This document shows, one piece after another, positions 27,207 through 36,328 of a stretch of DNA of 56,224 nt. The position numbers and the translations under genes are program-made. Numbering within the stretch: position 1 is the first letter of the stretch; each line of letters begins with the position of its first letter. The DNA lies in the IMG/VR virus record IMGVR_UViG_3300020045_004866, positions 1 through 56,224 of that record, one strand, 5' to 3'. Source of the DNA: a virus. Taxonomy: Duplodnaviria > Caudoviricetes. The notes beneath the pieces were generated by a model. It worked only from the letters and a program-made list of their open reading frames with translations. It was not told the origin of the DNA and made no database searches.

Positions 27207-29047
27207 TAGTTAAATCCTCTTAATGCCATTTTTTCTTTTATTTTAGCTATCATCTCTGGATTATCCTTGTGTATCTCTAAAGCTCTAAGTGCATCGTTAT
27301 AATCAGACTCATACGATTTTAGTTGCTTAGGTGTCATCGTTCTTGACCGTTGCTCGCCTGATTCATTAATCGACTTATAATCAACTGGAGCGTTTTCTTT
27401 TTGGGCTTGTTCGCGTTCAAAATTAGCTTGTTTTTGCGCTTCTTTCACAGCATCAAACTCTAATTGTCTTTTCCCTGTAGCTAGTGATTGCTGGTCTTTC
27501 ATCTTGCCATAATTAGACGCATCAGACTGTAATAACTGATTCCACGCTTCTTCACTCTGTCTCTGTTTAGCGGTGCGCTGGTACTGACTTTCATCTTGCG
27601 CCTGATTATTGTTCGCCTGACCTGCCGAACGGTCTTGTGTGTCTTTACCTAGAATAGTATCCATGCTCTTTTGGGCGTACTTTGTTGCAAGGGCATCGCT
27701 CATATTGCCAGTCCCTCGATTCATGGTAAGAAGATTACGCGATACCTGCTCATTCAATGCCGCCTGATTTTCTGGGCTAAGAATACCCTGTATTTGCGGG
27801 GCAACAAATCCGCGTTGCTTTGGCTGTGGTGCTAGGGGTGTTAATAACGGTGGTGCTGGTTGCTGTACAAGCCTTCCATTATTGATAGACGGGGGCGGTG
27901 TTTCAGTTTGTTGTGACTGCGTGGAAGCAGGTGCAGGCTGTGATTGTGATGCAGGTGCTTCTGACTTACCTGCTAAAGTTGGAGCTGATTGACCTTCGTC
28001 GCCCATACCAAAACCACTACCTTGACCGCTGGAACCATTTGCTGATCTTGGCTGAATAGTCGCAGATTGGTTACTAGGCTGTGATTCACCAGTGACAGGC
28101 AAGCCTTGCTGCATACGCAATTGCATTTCTGGGGTAATTATCGATGGTTCTTGCTGGGTTTGATATTGCGCCTCGGGCTGAACTGGATCGACTCCCGCGA
28201 ATCGTGACTGTGGCGTAGGGTTGTTTGCGCCCGATAACATTACAGGCGCGTCCGCTGTTGTCATCGGTCTGTCGCTGTACGATATGTTGCCGTTTTTTTG
28301 AACCTGTTTAGTAAAGCCAGCTGGCATAGTTTCGTAATCCAACTTACTTGGGTTATTTATTTTTGCAGTCGGAAGCAACGACGGGGCTGCGCTTGTCGCT
28401 GGCTGTTGTTCGCCAGTTGCTACATTTGACCGCACACCGCCTGTAGGGGTAAATTCTGGAATATTAGCTACAGGATTAGGAAGTCCGCGTATTGTGTTCG
28501 CTACTTCGTCATTGGTTGCTACTGACTTAGGTGCGCTTACTTGATTTGTTGGTGGTAAAATAGATGGTGCAGGTGATGGAGACAACGCCTTACTAATTAA
28601 TGCCGGGGAGCTATTATCAATTACAGCTCCTATTGTGTCACCCACACCCTCTCTTACTTTATTCGTTACATCTTGTCCCATTAATGACAATGGGGTTAAG
28701 TTTGTTTTGGCTAAAGGCTCAATGATGTTTCTTGAAGCCGCATCAACAATTTTATTACCTGCATTATCATGACCACCATAATACCAGTCTTTAATCCCAC
28801 TTGCACCAGCCGCCGCATGAACCACTCCATTAACAACCTTGGTCTCCGCGCCTTTAGGCGCATAAATAGCATTAAATTCATTAATACTCATACCAATGAG
28901 CTTTGCGAACGCTTCCGCCGCACCTGCATTGAGAATCGCCTCCTTGTTGGCTACCAGTGCGGGGTATTTATCTTTGGTCACAGAACCGCTACCGTCAATA
29001 GTGCCTGTGCGTGAGGTTGCCAATTGTGGTGCGCGTTGAGTTTTCAT
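27206..29047 (-). CDS. Putative internal virion / DNA ejection protein
   Basis: 613 aa, Q/P/A-rich low complexity, coupled to giant protein. Confidence 0.6.
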   Translation of the reverse strand: MKTQRAPQLATSRTGTIDGSGSVTKDKYPALVANKEAILNAGAAEAFAKLIGMSINEFNAIYAPKGAETKVVNGVVHAAAGASGIKDWYYGGHDNAGNKIVDAASRNIIEPLAKTNLTPLSLMGQDVTNKVREGVGDTIGAVIDNSSPALISKALSPSPAPSILPPTNQVSAPKSVATNDEVANTIRGLPNPVANIPEFTPTGGVRSNVATGEQQPATSAAPSLLPTAKINNPSKLDYETMPAGFTKQVQKNGNISYSDRPMTTADAPVMLSGANNPTPQSRFAGVDPVQPEAQYQTQQEPSIITPEMQLRMQQGLPVTGESQPSNQSATIQPRSANGSSGQGSGFGMGDEGQSAPTLAGKSEAPASQSQPAPASTQSQQTETPPPSINNGRLVQQPAPPLLTPLAPQPKQRGFVAPQIQGILSPENQAALNEQVSRNLLTMNRGTGNMSDALATKYAQKSMDTILGKDTQDRSAGQANNNQAQDESQYQRTAKQRQSEEAWNQLLQSDASNYGKMKDQQSLATGKRQLEFDAVKEAQKQANFEREQAQKENAPVDYKSINESGEQRSRTMTPKQLKSYESDYNDALRALEIHKDNPEMIAKIKEKMALRGFN

Positions 29048-29078
29048 AGCTAAATTTCCAGTGTTTTATTTATCTGTG

Positions 29079-29109
29079 ATTTTAGCATTATTTGTGATAT
29101 GGCAGGCAA
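29079..29109 (-). promoter_or_regulatory. Promoter for internal virion protein genes
   Basis: TTGCCT-19-TAAAAT with TGn extension. Confidence 0.5.
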
Positions 29110-29141
29110 TAAAAAACCCGCTTTCGTGAGATTGCGGGTTT
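29110..29141 (-). terminator. Intrinsic terminator after tRNAs
   Basis: AACCCGC/GCGGGTT stem, TTTTTTATTGCCT tail. Confidence 0.75.
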
Positions 29142-29158
29142 AATTTTTATCTAAAAAC

Positions 29159-29228
29159 ACTGTGCAGTAGGATTCGAACCTACAACTTTGGTTATGAAGC
29201 AACATTCAGCCATTTGAACTATACACAG
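29159..29228 (-). pseudogene. Degenerate tRNA-like element, anticodon CAT
   Basis: 7-bp acceptor CTGTGTA/TGCACAG, D arm, perfect T arm GTAGG-TTCGAAT-CCTAC; anticodon stem only 3 bp; no CCA. Confidence 0.7.
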
Positions 29229-29277
29229 TTTACTGCATCCAACATACCCAATCCGCAGTCTGTCCCGCTGTCAAAAC

Positions 29278-29353
29278 TGGTGCGCCCCACTGGGTTCGAA
29301 CCAGTAACCCCAGACTTATGAGGTCTGCGCTCTACCGATTGAGCTAAAGGCGC
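29278..29353 (-). tRNA. tRNA with CAT anticodon (likely Ile2, alternatively Met)
   Basis: 76-nt cloverleaf, loop CTCATAA, GGTTCGAACCC, encoded CCA; C4:G69 and C5:G68 as in Ile2. Confidence 0.92.
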
Positions 29354-29439
29354 GTGATGCAATGAAAATAGTCGAAGCTAATATAAGTCATTCAAGCTGT
29401 TTCCGTGACTAGCGGACTCGTTATTTTCAATGCAATAAA

Positions 29440-29468
29440 ATTATACTTCACTGTTAATAAATTGCCAA
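29440..29468 (-). promoter_or_regulatory. Sigma70-like promoter for tRNA cassette
   Basis: TTGGCA-17-TATAAT. Confidence 0.7.
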
Positions 29469-29585
29469 ACTTTTAAAGTCGCTTGCTGTCAATAGCTCAT
29501 CGCGCTGTTGCTTTGTTAGTTCGTTTTGAAGGTAGGCATTAATCACCGCTTCAATATAATCTGGGTTTGCTCTAAGGTCTTGCAT
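29454..29585 (-). CDS. Small hypothetical protein (43 aa)
   Basis: AGGA SD, MQDLRANPDYIEAVI... Confidence 0.45.
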   Translation of the reverse strand: MQDLRANPDYIEAVINAYLQNELTKQQRDELLTASDFKSLAIY

Positions 29586-29602
29586 TGTTCCTGTTGTTCA
29601 TA

Positions 29603-29875
29603 CTAATTCCAACAATTCATAACGCCATTAACAATCTGGCACCATTGTCCAGTAGACGGCACATATTGAGGAACGGTGTTAATTTGTTGCGGATCTTGCT
29701 CTTGTTGTCGAACCTGACTTCCACCGTTGCACTGGGAATTGTACAAATCAGTTGCGTAGTTACGCTCCTGTTTATCGGCAATTCCCTGTACTTGTGTAGC
29801 GAATAAATCGCAGTCTACCGCGATAACTGGCATTGATGGTAATGTGATTGCGGCGATTAAAAATAGCTTTTTCAT
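29603..29875 (-). CDS. Exported protein with signal peptide
   Basis: MKKLFLIAAITL..VIA; four Cys. Confidence 0.7.
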   Translation of the reverse strand: MKKLFLIAAITLPSMPVIAVDCDLFATQVQGIADKQERNYATDLYNSQCNGGSQVRQQEQDPQQINTVPQYVPSTGQWCQIVNGVMNCWN

Positions 29876-30096
29876 AGTTGAATTGCCCCTTTAATTAAAT
29901 CAGTGATTTCCTCGCGCGTTTCTTTCGTAAGAAAAATAGTTTTCCCGCAATAAACTACACACTTATGTTTTGCGCTATGGCTAACATTAAGCGCATCAGA
30001 CAAAGCTGTTATTTTGCTAACTACTATTGATGTTTGTGCCTCAAGATGACCCTTAGTTTCAACATGTCTAATTGATGTAACATTTATGATCTTCAT
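29872..30096 (-). CDS. Hypothetical protein
   Basis: ATG ORF coupled to next gene. Confidence 0.65.
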   Translation of the reverse strand: MKIINVTSIRHVETKGHLEAQTSIVVSKITALSDALNVSHSAKHKCVVYCGKTIFLTKETREEITDLIKGAIQL

Positions 30097-30197
30097 TTCT
30101 TTACCCTAAGTTAAGTTAATAAAATAGGCTAATAAGGTTCTGCGCGTTTGGTTGTGCCGCCTAAGCCAACAGGCGATAATGTGATTATACTCTTTTT

Positions 30198-30917
30198 TTA
30201 TTTTCTGATTCCTGCTAAGCCTTTTTCAAGTATATGTTGCTCTAGTGCAATTAAGTAAGCTGGTGTTTTAGGTTTGATTTCATCGTCTAAAAACAAATCA
30301 GCATTATCGCATGATAACTTTTCCCGATATTCGCTAACAGCTTCAATAATTAAGTCATGATACTTGGGTTTAAATCTCACGATGTCATGATGCGAGGTTT
30401 TGACATAATCAAGACCCTTTGCTGTGGGCAGGTAAACGCGCTTGTAAATAATTTTTGTGTGTGCTTCGAGCAGACCAGCTTCAATTAACGCCTTGTAGTT
30501 TTCGCGCACTTCATTGTTGTTACGACTGCCAGTGATTGCTTTTAGGCAGTTGGGATTTATGCGAGTGAGTTTGAGCATTTGCTCATCGGCTTGTGACATT
30601 TGCAATTGACCAGTAACAACTGAGTCATAAGTTTTAATGACGTGGTGATAAAATTCAGCACTAATCCACATGGCATAAGCGTAGACTAATTCCTTGCTAA
30701 CATACGTTCCACGCATCTCACCACCATTAACAACCACTAGCGGATTTTCGCTAGTGGAACAAACCGCGATTAAATCCTTTGTGCGATTATTTTTTAACCA
30801 GTAACGCGGTTGGTCTTTTTGCAATCCACCGCTTGCCTTGTGCAAATCATTCAAGCAATACAAGCCGTTTTCGTTTTTGCGAATTAAAGTATTCGCCACT
30901 GTTAAATCGTTACTCAT
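30198..30917 (-). CDS. KilA-N domain DNA-binding protein (antirepressor-like)
   Basis: GLYCLNDLHKASGG..P.YWL..GTYVSKELVYAYAMWISAEF. Confidence 0.9.
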   Translation of the reverse strand: MSNDLTVANTLIRKNENGLYCLNDLHKASGGLQKDQPRYWLKNNRTKDLIAVCSTSENPLVVVNGGEMRGTYVSKELVYAYAMWISAEFYHHVIKTYDSVVTGQLQMSQADEQMLKLTRINPNCLKAITGSRNNNEVRENYKALIEAGLLEAHTKIIYKRVYLPTAKGLDYVKTSHHDIVRFKPKYHDLIIEAVSEYREKLSCDNADLFLDDEIKPKTPAYLIALEQHILEKGLAGIRK

Positions 30918-31123
30918 GATTTTATCTCCAACATTGTGGCATCAAACGCAACCACTTCATAACCATTGTGTTTACGCATTTTCGCAACCGCATGATGCTT
31001 ATGCGTATAAATCGCAACACTTGCATTGCCATCAAGTAAGCTAGAACACCCATACGCTGATTGAATCATAAATTCATTAGTGCCAATGCGCCTAATAAGC
31101 CATAATCTTATTTTGTGTTCCAT
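30914..31123 (-). CDS. Hypothetical protein
   Basis: ATG 31123 after GGAG, overlapping upstream stop. Confidence 0.6.
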   Translation of the reverse strand: MEHKIRLWLIRRIGTNEFMIQSAYGCSSLLDGNASVAIYTHKHHAVAKMRKHNGYEVVAFDATMLEIKS

Positions 31124-31308
31124 TATTTTATCTCCACAGATATTGCTTGAGTTTTTAGCGGACAGTGACAAGGTATTTTATATTTTCTCTCTTCAAAATC
31201 TGGCAAATCTTTTCTGGAAAATGCACACCAGTCAGGTTCTCTAAACGGGCATCCTGTTTTTCCATTGTATGGCTTGCACGTCTTTACTATGATGCCATGA
31301 GCTTTCAT
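31123..31308 (-). CDS. Small Cys-rich protein
   Basis: C..GCPF..WC..IP.HCPL pattern. Confidence 0.6.
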   Translation of the reverse strand: MKAHGIIVKTCKPYNGKTGCPFREPDWCAFSRKDLPDFEERKYKIPCHCPLKTQAISVEIK

Positions 31309-31321
31309 AAAATTTTATCCA

Positions 31322-31371
31322 ATAAAAAACCCCGCGAACCCAAGCCGTGAACAAGGATAAGAAGCGAGGTT
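31322..31371 (-). terminator. Leader terminator (attenuator) upstream of KilA-N cassette
   Basis: AACCTCGC/GCGGGGTT stem with large loop, then T tract and ATTGG. Confidence 0.6.
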
Positions 31372-31430
31372 AGTAATAACATAGTTATTGATTTAATGCT
31401 TCACGGGCAATACATCAATAACGTGCGTTC

Positions 31431-31459
31431 ATTATAACCGAACGCTGGAGGTTTTGCGA
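31431..31459 (-). promoter_or_regulatory. Promoter of KilA-N moron
   Basis: TCGCAA-17-TATAAT. Confidence 0.55.
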
Positions 31460-31490
31460 TAATTACCACCAAAATAATGTCAGCTAAAAT

Positions 31491-32552
31491 TTAAGCAGAA
31501 ATCGACTCACCATAACTCCAAGATTTACCAGTGCTAAACGACTGACTCAAGTTTATGCCATTCATCCAGTTTGCCCCGACCTGACCATTCACGGCGGCAA
31601 TAGATTTTATCTTCTCAATACCAAGCTGCGCATTGCTTGTGTAATGCGCTTCAATCAATTTGATTTTTTCCAGTGAGATATTGGTTAGCTGGATATTCAT
31701 TTGATTGACTTGCTTGTATTGCTCCATTCTAAACTCGGCTTCTTTTATAGTGACTCCAGCTAGTGAGGAGTACGCTTGAATCTCACTTGCGTAGATGTCA
31801 ATAAAGCCCTTGTTAATATCGATGTAGAGTCTTGCCGTATCGATAACAGTTTTTTTCTGTGAGTCATACAGGCTTAGTTCGTTGCCTTCACTGGCTTGTT
31901 TTAAGTCAAGCAATCTGGCATTGAGCGATAGCAATTGATCCAATGCTTTTTGTTTAATCGCCAACTCGGTATCAATTTGTTTAACCATGATGTCACGGTT
32001 AATGTCCGATAGCTTACCCTTCTTTTCCAGTTCAAACCGCATGAACGCCGCTTGGTCTTGACCGCTTGCCGCCTCAAACCCCATTGATAAGTTATTGGCT
32101 AGGTAGTTTTGATAGCCAGTTCGTTGCAACTTAGTTTCACGGTCAACGCCTTTCGCATAGATAGCATCAAACATTGCGCCCATTACGCCGTAAGGATTAG
32201 CGAGTAGCGATTCAATCTCAGAGATTAGGCGAGCGATAACCCCAATAATCATATCCTTATCGGCAATTACCGTAGTCCACAAATAAGGCGCGGCGGGCAT
32301 TTGCCCAATTGGCACATCTAGCAATAACGGCTTTGTTGGGATAGCGGGCAAGGCACCCAGTGCAATATCGGACGGGTTTATTAATGTAGTGGTTAGTCCT
32401 GAAAAATCGGGGAAAGGCGTTAATTCCGCCGTCATCCCATTAACTGCATTTGTTGCCGCTGTTAGTGCTTTGACCGCCTCATCGAATAGCCTATCTAGGT
32501 ACGAATCGTTTACCGACGTGATGGCATTTAAAAATGGGTGTTGTGCTGACAT
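31491..32552 (-). CDS. Putative virion protein (helical)
   Basis: 353 aa at end of structural operon. Confidence 0.6.
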   Translation of the reverse strand: MSAQHPFLNAITSVNDSYLDRLFDEAVKALTAATNAVNGMTAELTPFPDFSGLTTTLINPSDIALGALPAIPTKPLLLDVPIGQMPAAPYLWTTVIADKDMIIGVIARLISEIESLLANPYGVMGAMFDAIYAKGVDRETKLQRTGYQNYLANNLSMGFEAASGQDQAAFMRFELEKKGKLSDINRDIMVKQIDTELAIKQKALDQLLSLNARLLDLKQASEGNELSLYDSQKKTVIDTARLYIDINKGFIDIYASEIQAYSSLAGVTIKEAEFRMEQYKQVNQMNIQLTNISLEKIKLIEAHYTSNAQLGIEKIKSIAAVNGQVGANWMNGINLSQSFSTGKSWSYGESISA

Positions 32553-32637
32553 TATCGTTCACCACTATTTAATTTATCAAAACACGCCTTGATAACCTTA
32601 GCATCATACTCGTCGTCTAAAAATTTTTTTGTTCTCA

Positions 32638-32841
32638 TTAGTTATTCAATGCCCAGTTCTTTGCTAGTTCAGCAAGCCAAAAAGCGGTCTTTATATCCAT
32701 TTTTGAAGACCTGATAAATAAATCGCCATCTTTATATCTACCAACAATAAGCACTTCGTCTAGTTCGACTTGAAGTGAACTATTTAAGGCTTGCTCAACT
32801 GTTAAGCTTGTTGATGCTGGTAACTTAACTACATTTGTCAC
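32638..32841 (-). CDS. Hypothetical protein
   Basis: MTNVVKLP..LDEVLIVG small phage protein pattern. Confidence 0.6.
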   Translation of the reverse strand: MTNVVKLPASTSLTVEQALNSSLQVELDEVLIVGRYKDGDLFIRSSKMDIKTAFWLAELAKNWALNN

Positions 32842-34148
32842 TATCGCTCACTCCTAACATTCTCAACAGGATTATATTCAATGGAGCTAATATCAAGATG
32901 TGCGCATCCTGTACCAATCACTTCAAGCTGAACATAGTTAAATTTTATACCGCGCCCTATCGGTACGCGGTGAGTAGCAAAGCCGCTATGACTAATTGCA
33001 TTTGCGTATAGTAAAGGCGCATTTTCGTCCGCTGTGACATTTACCGTCACTTCTCCACCTGATTTGTCACAATCAATGACAATTTTTGCATCGGGTATGC
33101 GCTTAATTTTGTTGCTTGGGTAAACGCCATTCCTGCCCATTACGCCATTCATCTTACCCGTCTTTATGCTGGCAACTATAGCTATTCCGTTGTCAGACTC
33201 GCCGCCATACTCGAATATCCCGGTATCATTTATAAGCAAGGTTTTTCCGTTAAACACGCATGACCCAGTAAAGTTAAAATTACTGTAATTGGTTATAGCT
33301 TTGGTTTCTGTGCCGTAGGCATAGCCTAGGTAGTTTGCATCATTAACTGCAAGACTAGGTGTACTGTAAAGCGGGTAGGCACTAACAATATTAATCACAC
33401 CCACACTTGGGTTATTAATAGTAGGCGTAGAAAACAGTGGCACAGCATCAACACGCTGTACCGACATGGCAGTAGGGTTGTTTAGCGTTGGTGTTGCCGT
33501 TAATACGGTTATTGGTGTTTTTGCTATTATGCCAACTGTAGGCACATTTAATGTGGGCGAGGACGTTAACGCCGTTGCCGGTATGTCCTGAATGTAATTT
33601 ACAGCTGGAGAGCTTAGGCTTGGTGTTGATGTTAATGCGGTCGCGGTCGCGTTTATTACAACATTGGCAGTTGGATTGTTTAATGTTGGAGCTGACGTTA
33701 ACGCTGTTGCTGGTATGTCTACGACACCGACATTAAATAACCGTGTAAGTGATGCAAAAACAATTCCTGTTTGCGTTGATACTGTTGTCCACGCCACGCC
33801 ATCGTCAGAATAAATTAAATTCCAGCTCTTAGGGTTATCATCAGTTCCAATACCAATAACTGTTACCGAATATCCAACAATATCAACAGCCGAGGCAAAG
33901 TGATAAATGAGTTTTTGTGGTGGCGATAAAGGTTGAGCTGAGTTCCAATAAAGGGCTGTGGAGTCAAAAGCATTGGCTGCTACATAACTAGGATCATATT
34001 CGGATGTGGCAGAAGATGTGCCGCCAGTACATAAATCAGCACCGCCGACAGTGCCGAACATCTTAAGCTCGTCAATAGCGACTCCGAAAGTCAGTGGATC
34101 GCCTGATACGTCTGTAACTTCTATTGCCCAATAAGCGTGCGCAGTCAT
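32841..34148 (-). CDS. Virion protein with discoidin/F5-8C-like N-terminal domain and 22-aa repeats
   Basis: SATSEY..AANAFD..W, PKSW.L.YSDDG..W; six T/P-rich repeats. Confidence 0.7.
   Translation of the reverse strand: MTAHAYWAIEVTDVSGDPLTFGVAIDELKMFGTVGGADLCTGGTSSATSEYDPSYVAANAFDSTALYWNSAQPLSPPQKLIYHFASAVDIVGYSVTVIGIGTDDNPKSWNLIYSDDGVAWTTVSTQTGIVFASLTRLFNVGVVDIPATALTSAPTLNNPTANVVINATATALTSTPSLSSPAVNYIQDIPATALTSSPTLNVPTVGIIAKTPITVLTATPTLNNPTAMSVQRVDAVPLFSTPTINNPSVGVINIVSAYPLYSTPSLAVNDANYLGYAYGTETKAITNYSNFNFTGSCVFNGKTLLINDTGIFEYGGESDNGIAIVASIKTGKMNGVMGRNGVYPSNKIKRIPDAKIVIDCDKSGGEVTVNVTADENAPLLYANAISHSGFATHRVPIGRGIKFNYVQLEVIGTGCAHLDISSIEYNPVENVRSER
33335..33719 (-). repeat. ~6 degenerate 66-bp (22-aa) coding repeats
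   Basis: DIPATALTSAPTLNNPTANVVI-type units. Confidence 0.8.
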
Positions 34149-34156
34149 TTTTATCC

Positions 34157-35878
34157 TTAAATTTTTGGTAATTTAGTAAGAGAGATACAGGATGTCGGGC
34201 GGGTTAATATCTTGCGCTTTTTATCTTTAAAATCTGCAATAAGTGTAAATGATTTATTGGTTTCGTTGTTTTGCGAATCATACTCAAACGCCGATATTGA
34301 CGCTACCAACTTGTCTTTAGTGTACGAATAATCGTCTACAGTTGAGCCACTACCTAATGATAATGTGGTCGAATATAACTCACCTGCATTTTTTGAATTA
34401 ATTGTTTTGCTTGATGTTGAGCTTGATTGTTCGCTTATTTGCCCATAGCTTCCATTCGGCAAAGTCCCTGTTTCACCTGACGAGGTAACCAATAAAAGAG
34501 TGTTGGAATAAATACATTCATTTTGTTTTTTTAAATATAGATGGATGCTTGTATATTCACTGCTAGTCTGTGAGTTACTAATGTATCCAGTTGCCGTCGC
34601 TGATGTTGTTGTTTCAGTGCTTAATATTGATAAAGCCAGTAACGTTCTTTTTAATCCACCGCCCTTTGACCATGCGATTAAATAATTCTCAGAGGTTGTG
34701 TTTTCACTTTGATAGGGAGAGTAGTTTTCTCCCTGCCTTCCAGCGTGGTTTCCAGAAGTAGAGAATGTAATTTCACTGACAACTTTTTCCGCTCCGAATG
34801 AAATATAATCCCCCCTAACGTCTATGAAATCACATGACACTCGTTCTATTGGCACTACCAGAGATAGTGTGCCACCATCTTTCCTGTAATTATGTACATC
34901 CGATACAAGCGGCAATTCCTCATAAACAATATCGTCATTTACGATTGCTGAGAAACCGCCATTAAAATCAATAACATTTATTGTATTAACAGGAATATTA
35001 ACATCATATTGATTGTCTGGGTCAACCGTCTGCCAGTTAGTACCTTGATAATTTCGCTCTACAGTGCTTCGTATAGCCAGTCGCTTAGCATCTCCGAAAA
35101 AGCCTATTAATGTGTTTGTGCCGTAGCCAAGTGCGGTAAAATCAATCTTTGTAATTTCAGATAAATAAATCTCAGGGGCGGCTGTATCAAACTGATAGTC
35201 GTACACCGCAATCCATCTATTATTACCACTCCCAGCGTAATTAACCCTATCAACATAAATAATCACTATGCGCTTAACAGGTAAGCCATCAGCATCCTTG
35301 TCGATTAACGCACATACCAACGGCTCTAAAAACTTACCCCATGCTATGCCAGTTTCTATGCCGCTTATCGCTATTTTGCCGTACTTTCTTTTTCTATTGG
35401 CATGACCAATAGGGAGGCTTTCATTTAGGTATTCAACATAGTCCCAGCTAACCGTCGCATTTTCCTTGTCATTTACCCAGTAATTTGTTCTCGCGCTGTA
35501 AGTCGGTGTTGGTAGCACTAAATAATTCGGGTTATCATTGGCTAAAATCAAATCGCCTTGTTTTTTAGCAGGGTATGGTGCTTTATAGATTTGAGTACCT
35601 AGGTCGGTATCATTAAATGATGTAGGAAAAAGAACTGCCTCGCCATCACTACTAACCTCCGCTACATAAATCTTAACAACCCCATGCTTCGTGCCATACG
35701 CCGAAGTCCACACCGTAACTTGCATAGCGGAAGTATCACCATCACGCTTTTCACGCTGGATAGATTGCACCTTGCCCATTGAACTACAAACGAACTGATA
35801 AAAAGCCAGTGCTGCACCTTTCAGTGTACTGGCTTTTTCAATGTCCCCGTAATACTCAAGGCGCGGCGGGTTAAGCAT
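34157..35878 (-). CDS. Putative tail/virion protein (beta-rich)
   Basis: 573 aa in structural operon. Confidence 0.6.
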   Translation of the reverse strand: MLNPPRLEYYGDIEKASTLKGAALAFYQFVCSSMGKVQSIQREKRDGDTSAMQVTVWTSAYGTKHGVVKIYVAEVSSDGEAVLFPTSFNDTDLGTQIYKAPYPAKKQGDLILANDNPNYLVLPTPTYSARTNYWVNDKENATVSWDYVEYLNESLPIGHANRKRKYGKIAISGIETGIAWGKFLEPLVCALIDKDADGLPVKRIVIIYVDRVNYAGSGNNRWIAVYDYQFDTAAPEIYLSEITKIDFTALGYGTNTLIGFFGDAKRLAIRSTVERNYQGTNWQTVDPDNQYDVNIPVNTINVIDFNGGFSAIVNDDIVYEELPLVSDVHNYRKDGGTLSLVVPIERVSCDFIDVRGDYISFGAEKVVSEITFSTSGNHAGRQGENYSPYQSENTTSENYLIAWSKGGGLKRTLLALSILSTETTTSATATGYISNSQTSSEYTSIHLYLKKQNECIYSNTLLLVTSSGETGTLPNGSYGQISEQSSSTSSKTINSKNAGELYSTTLSLGSGSTVDDYSYTKDKLVASISAFEYDSQNNETNKSFTLIADFKDKKRKILTRPTSCISLTKLPKI

Positions 35879-36300
35879 TAGCCTGTTGGCTGATTCATGT
35901 TAAAAATCAAATCAGGAAATAACACTGGGTCTCCTGAAACAATAACGCGGTCTACCGACACATCCCATACTGCCAACACCTCAGAACCAACGGTATCAAG
36001 AGCTGCGTATTTCAGATAACCCGCGCTACCACTCGATGTCTTGACTGCGGTAGGGTTTGAAGCTGGCGCGGCTATGGTAGCCTTTCGACCATTTGTTCCT
36101 TGTGCCGCTAGTGTAATATCAGTTGATACAATGCCAGTGCGTTCAGCAATGATATTTACATCCGCTGTACCGCGTACCGCTGCATAACTGTCACCTGCTG
36201 CATAGACATAATCGACTAATACGACACTGTTACACTTTGTTTTTAAATAAGCTAGACCATTGTCTAGTACGTTTGTTGAAGACCATACGGGTGCCGTCAT
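35878..36300 (-). CDS. Putative virion structural protein
   Basis: VLDNGL.YL small structural protein pattern; position. Confidence 0.6.
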   Translation of the reverse strand: MTAPVWSSTNVLDNGLAYLKTKCNSVVLVDYVYAAGDSYAAVRGTADVNIIAERTGIVSTDITLAAQGTNGRKATIAAPASNPTAVKTSSGSAGYLKYAALDTVGSEVLAVWDVSVDRVIVSGDPVLFPDLIFNMNQPTG

Positions 36301-36328
36301 TTGTGTATCCTGTTAATGAAAATAATTG

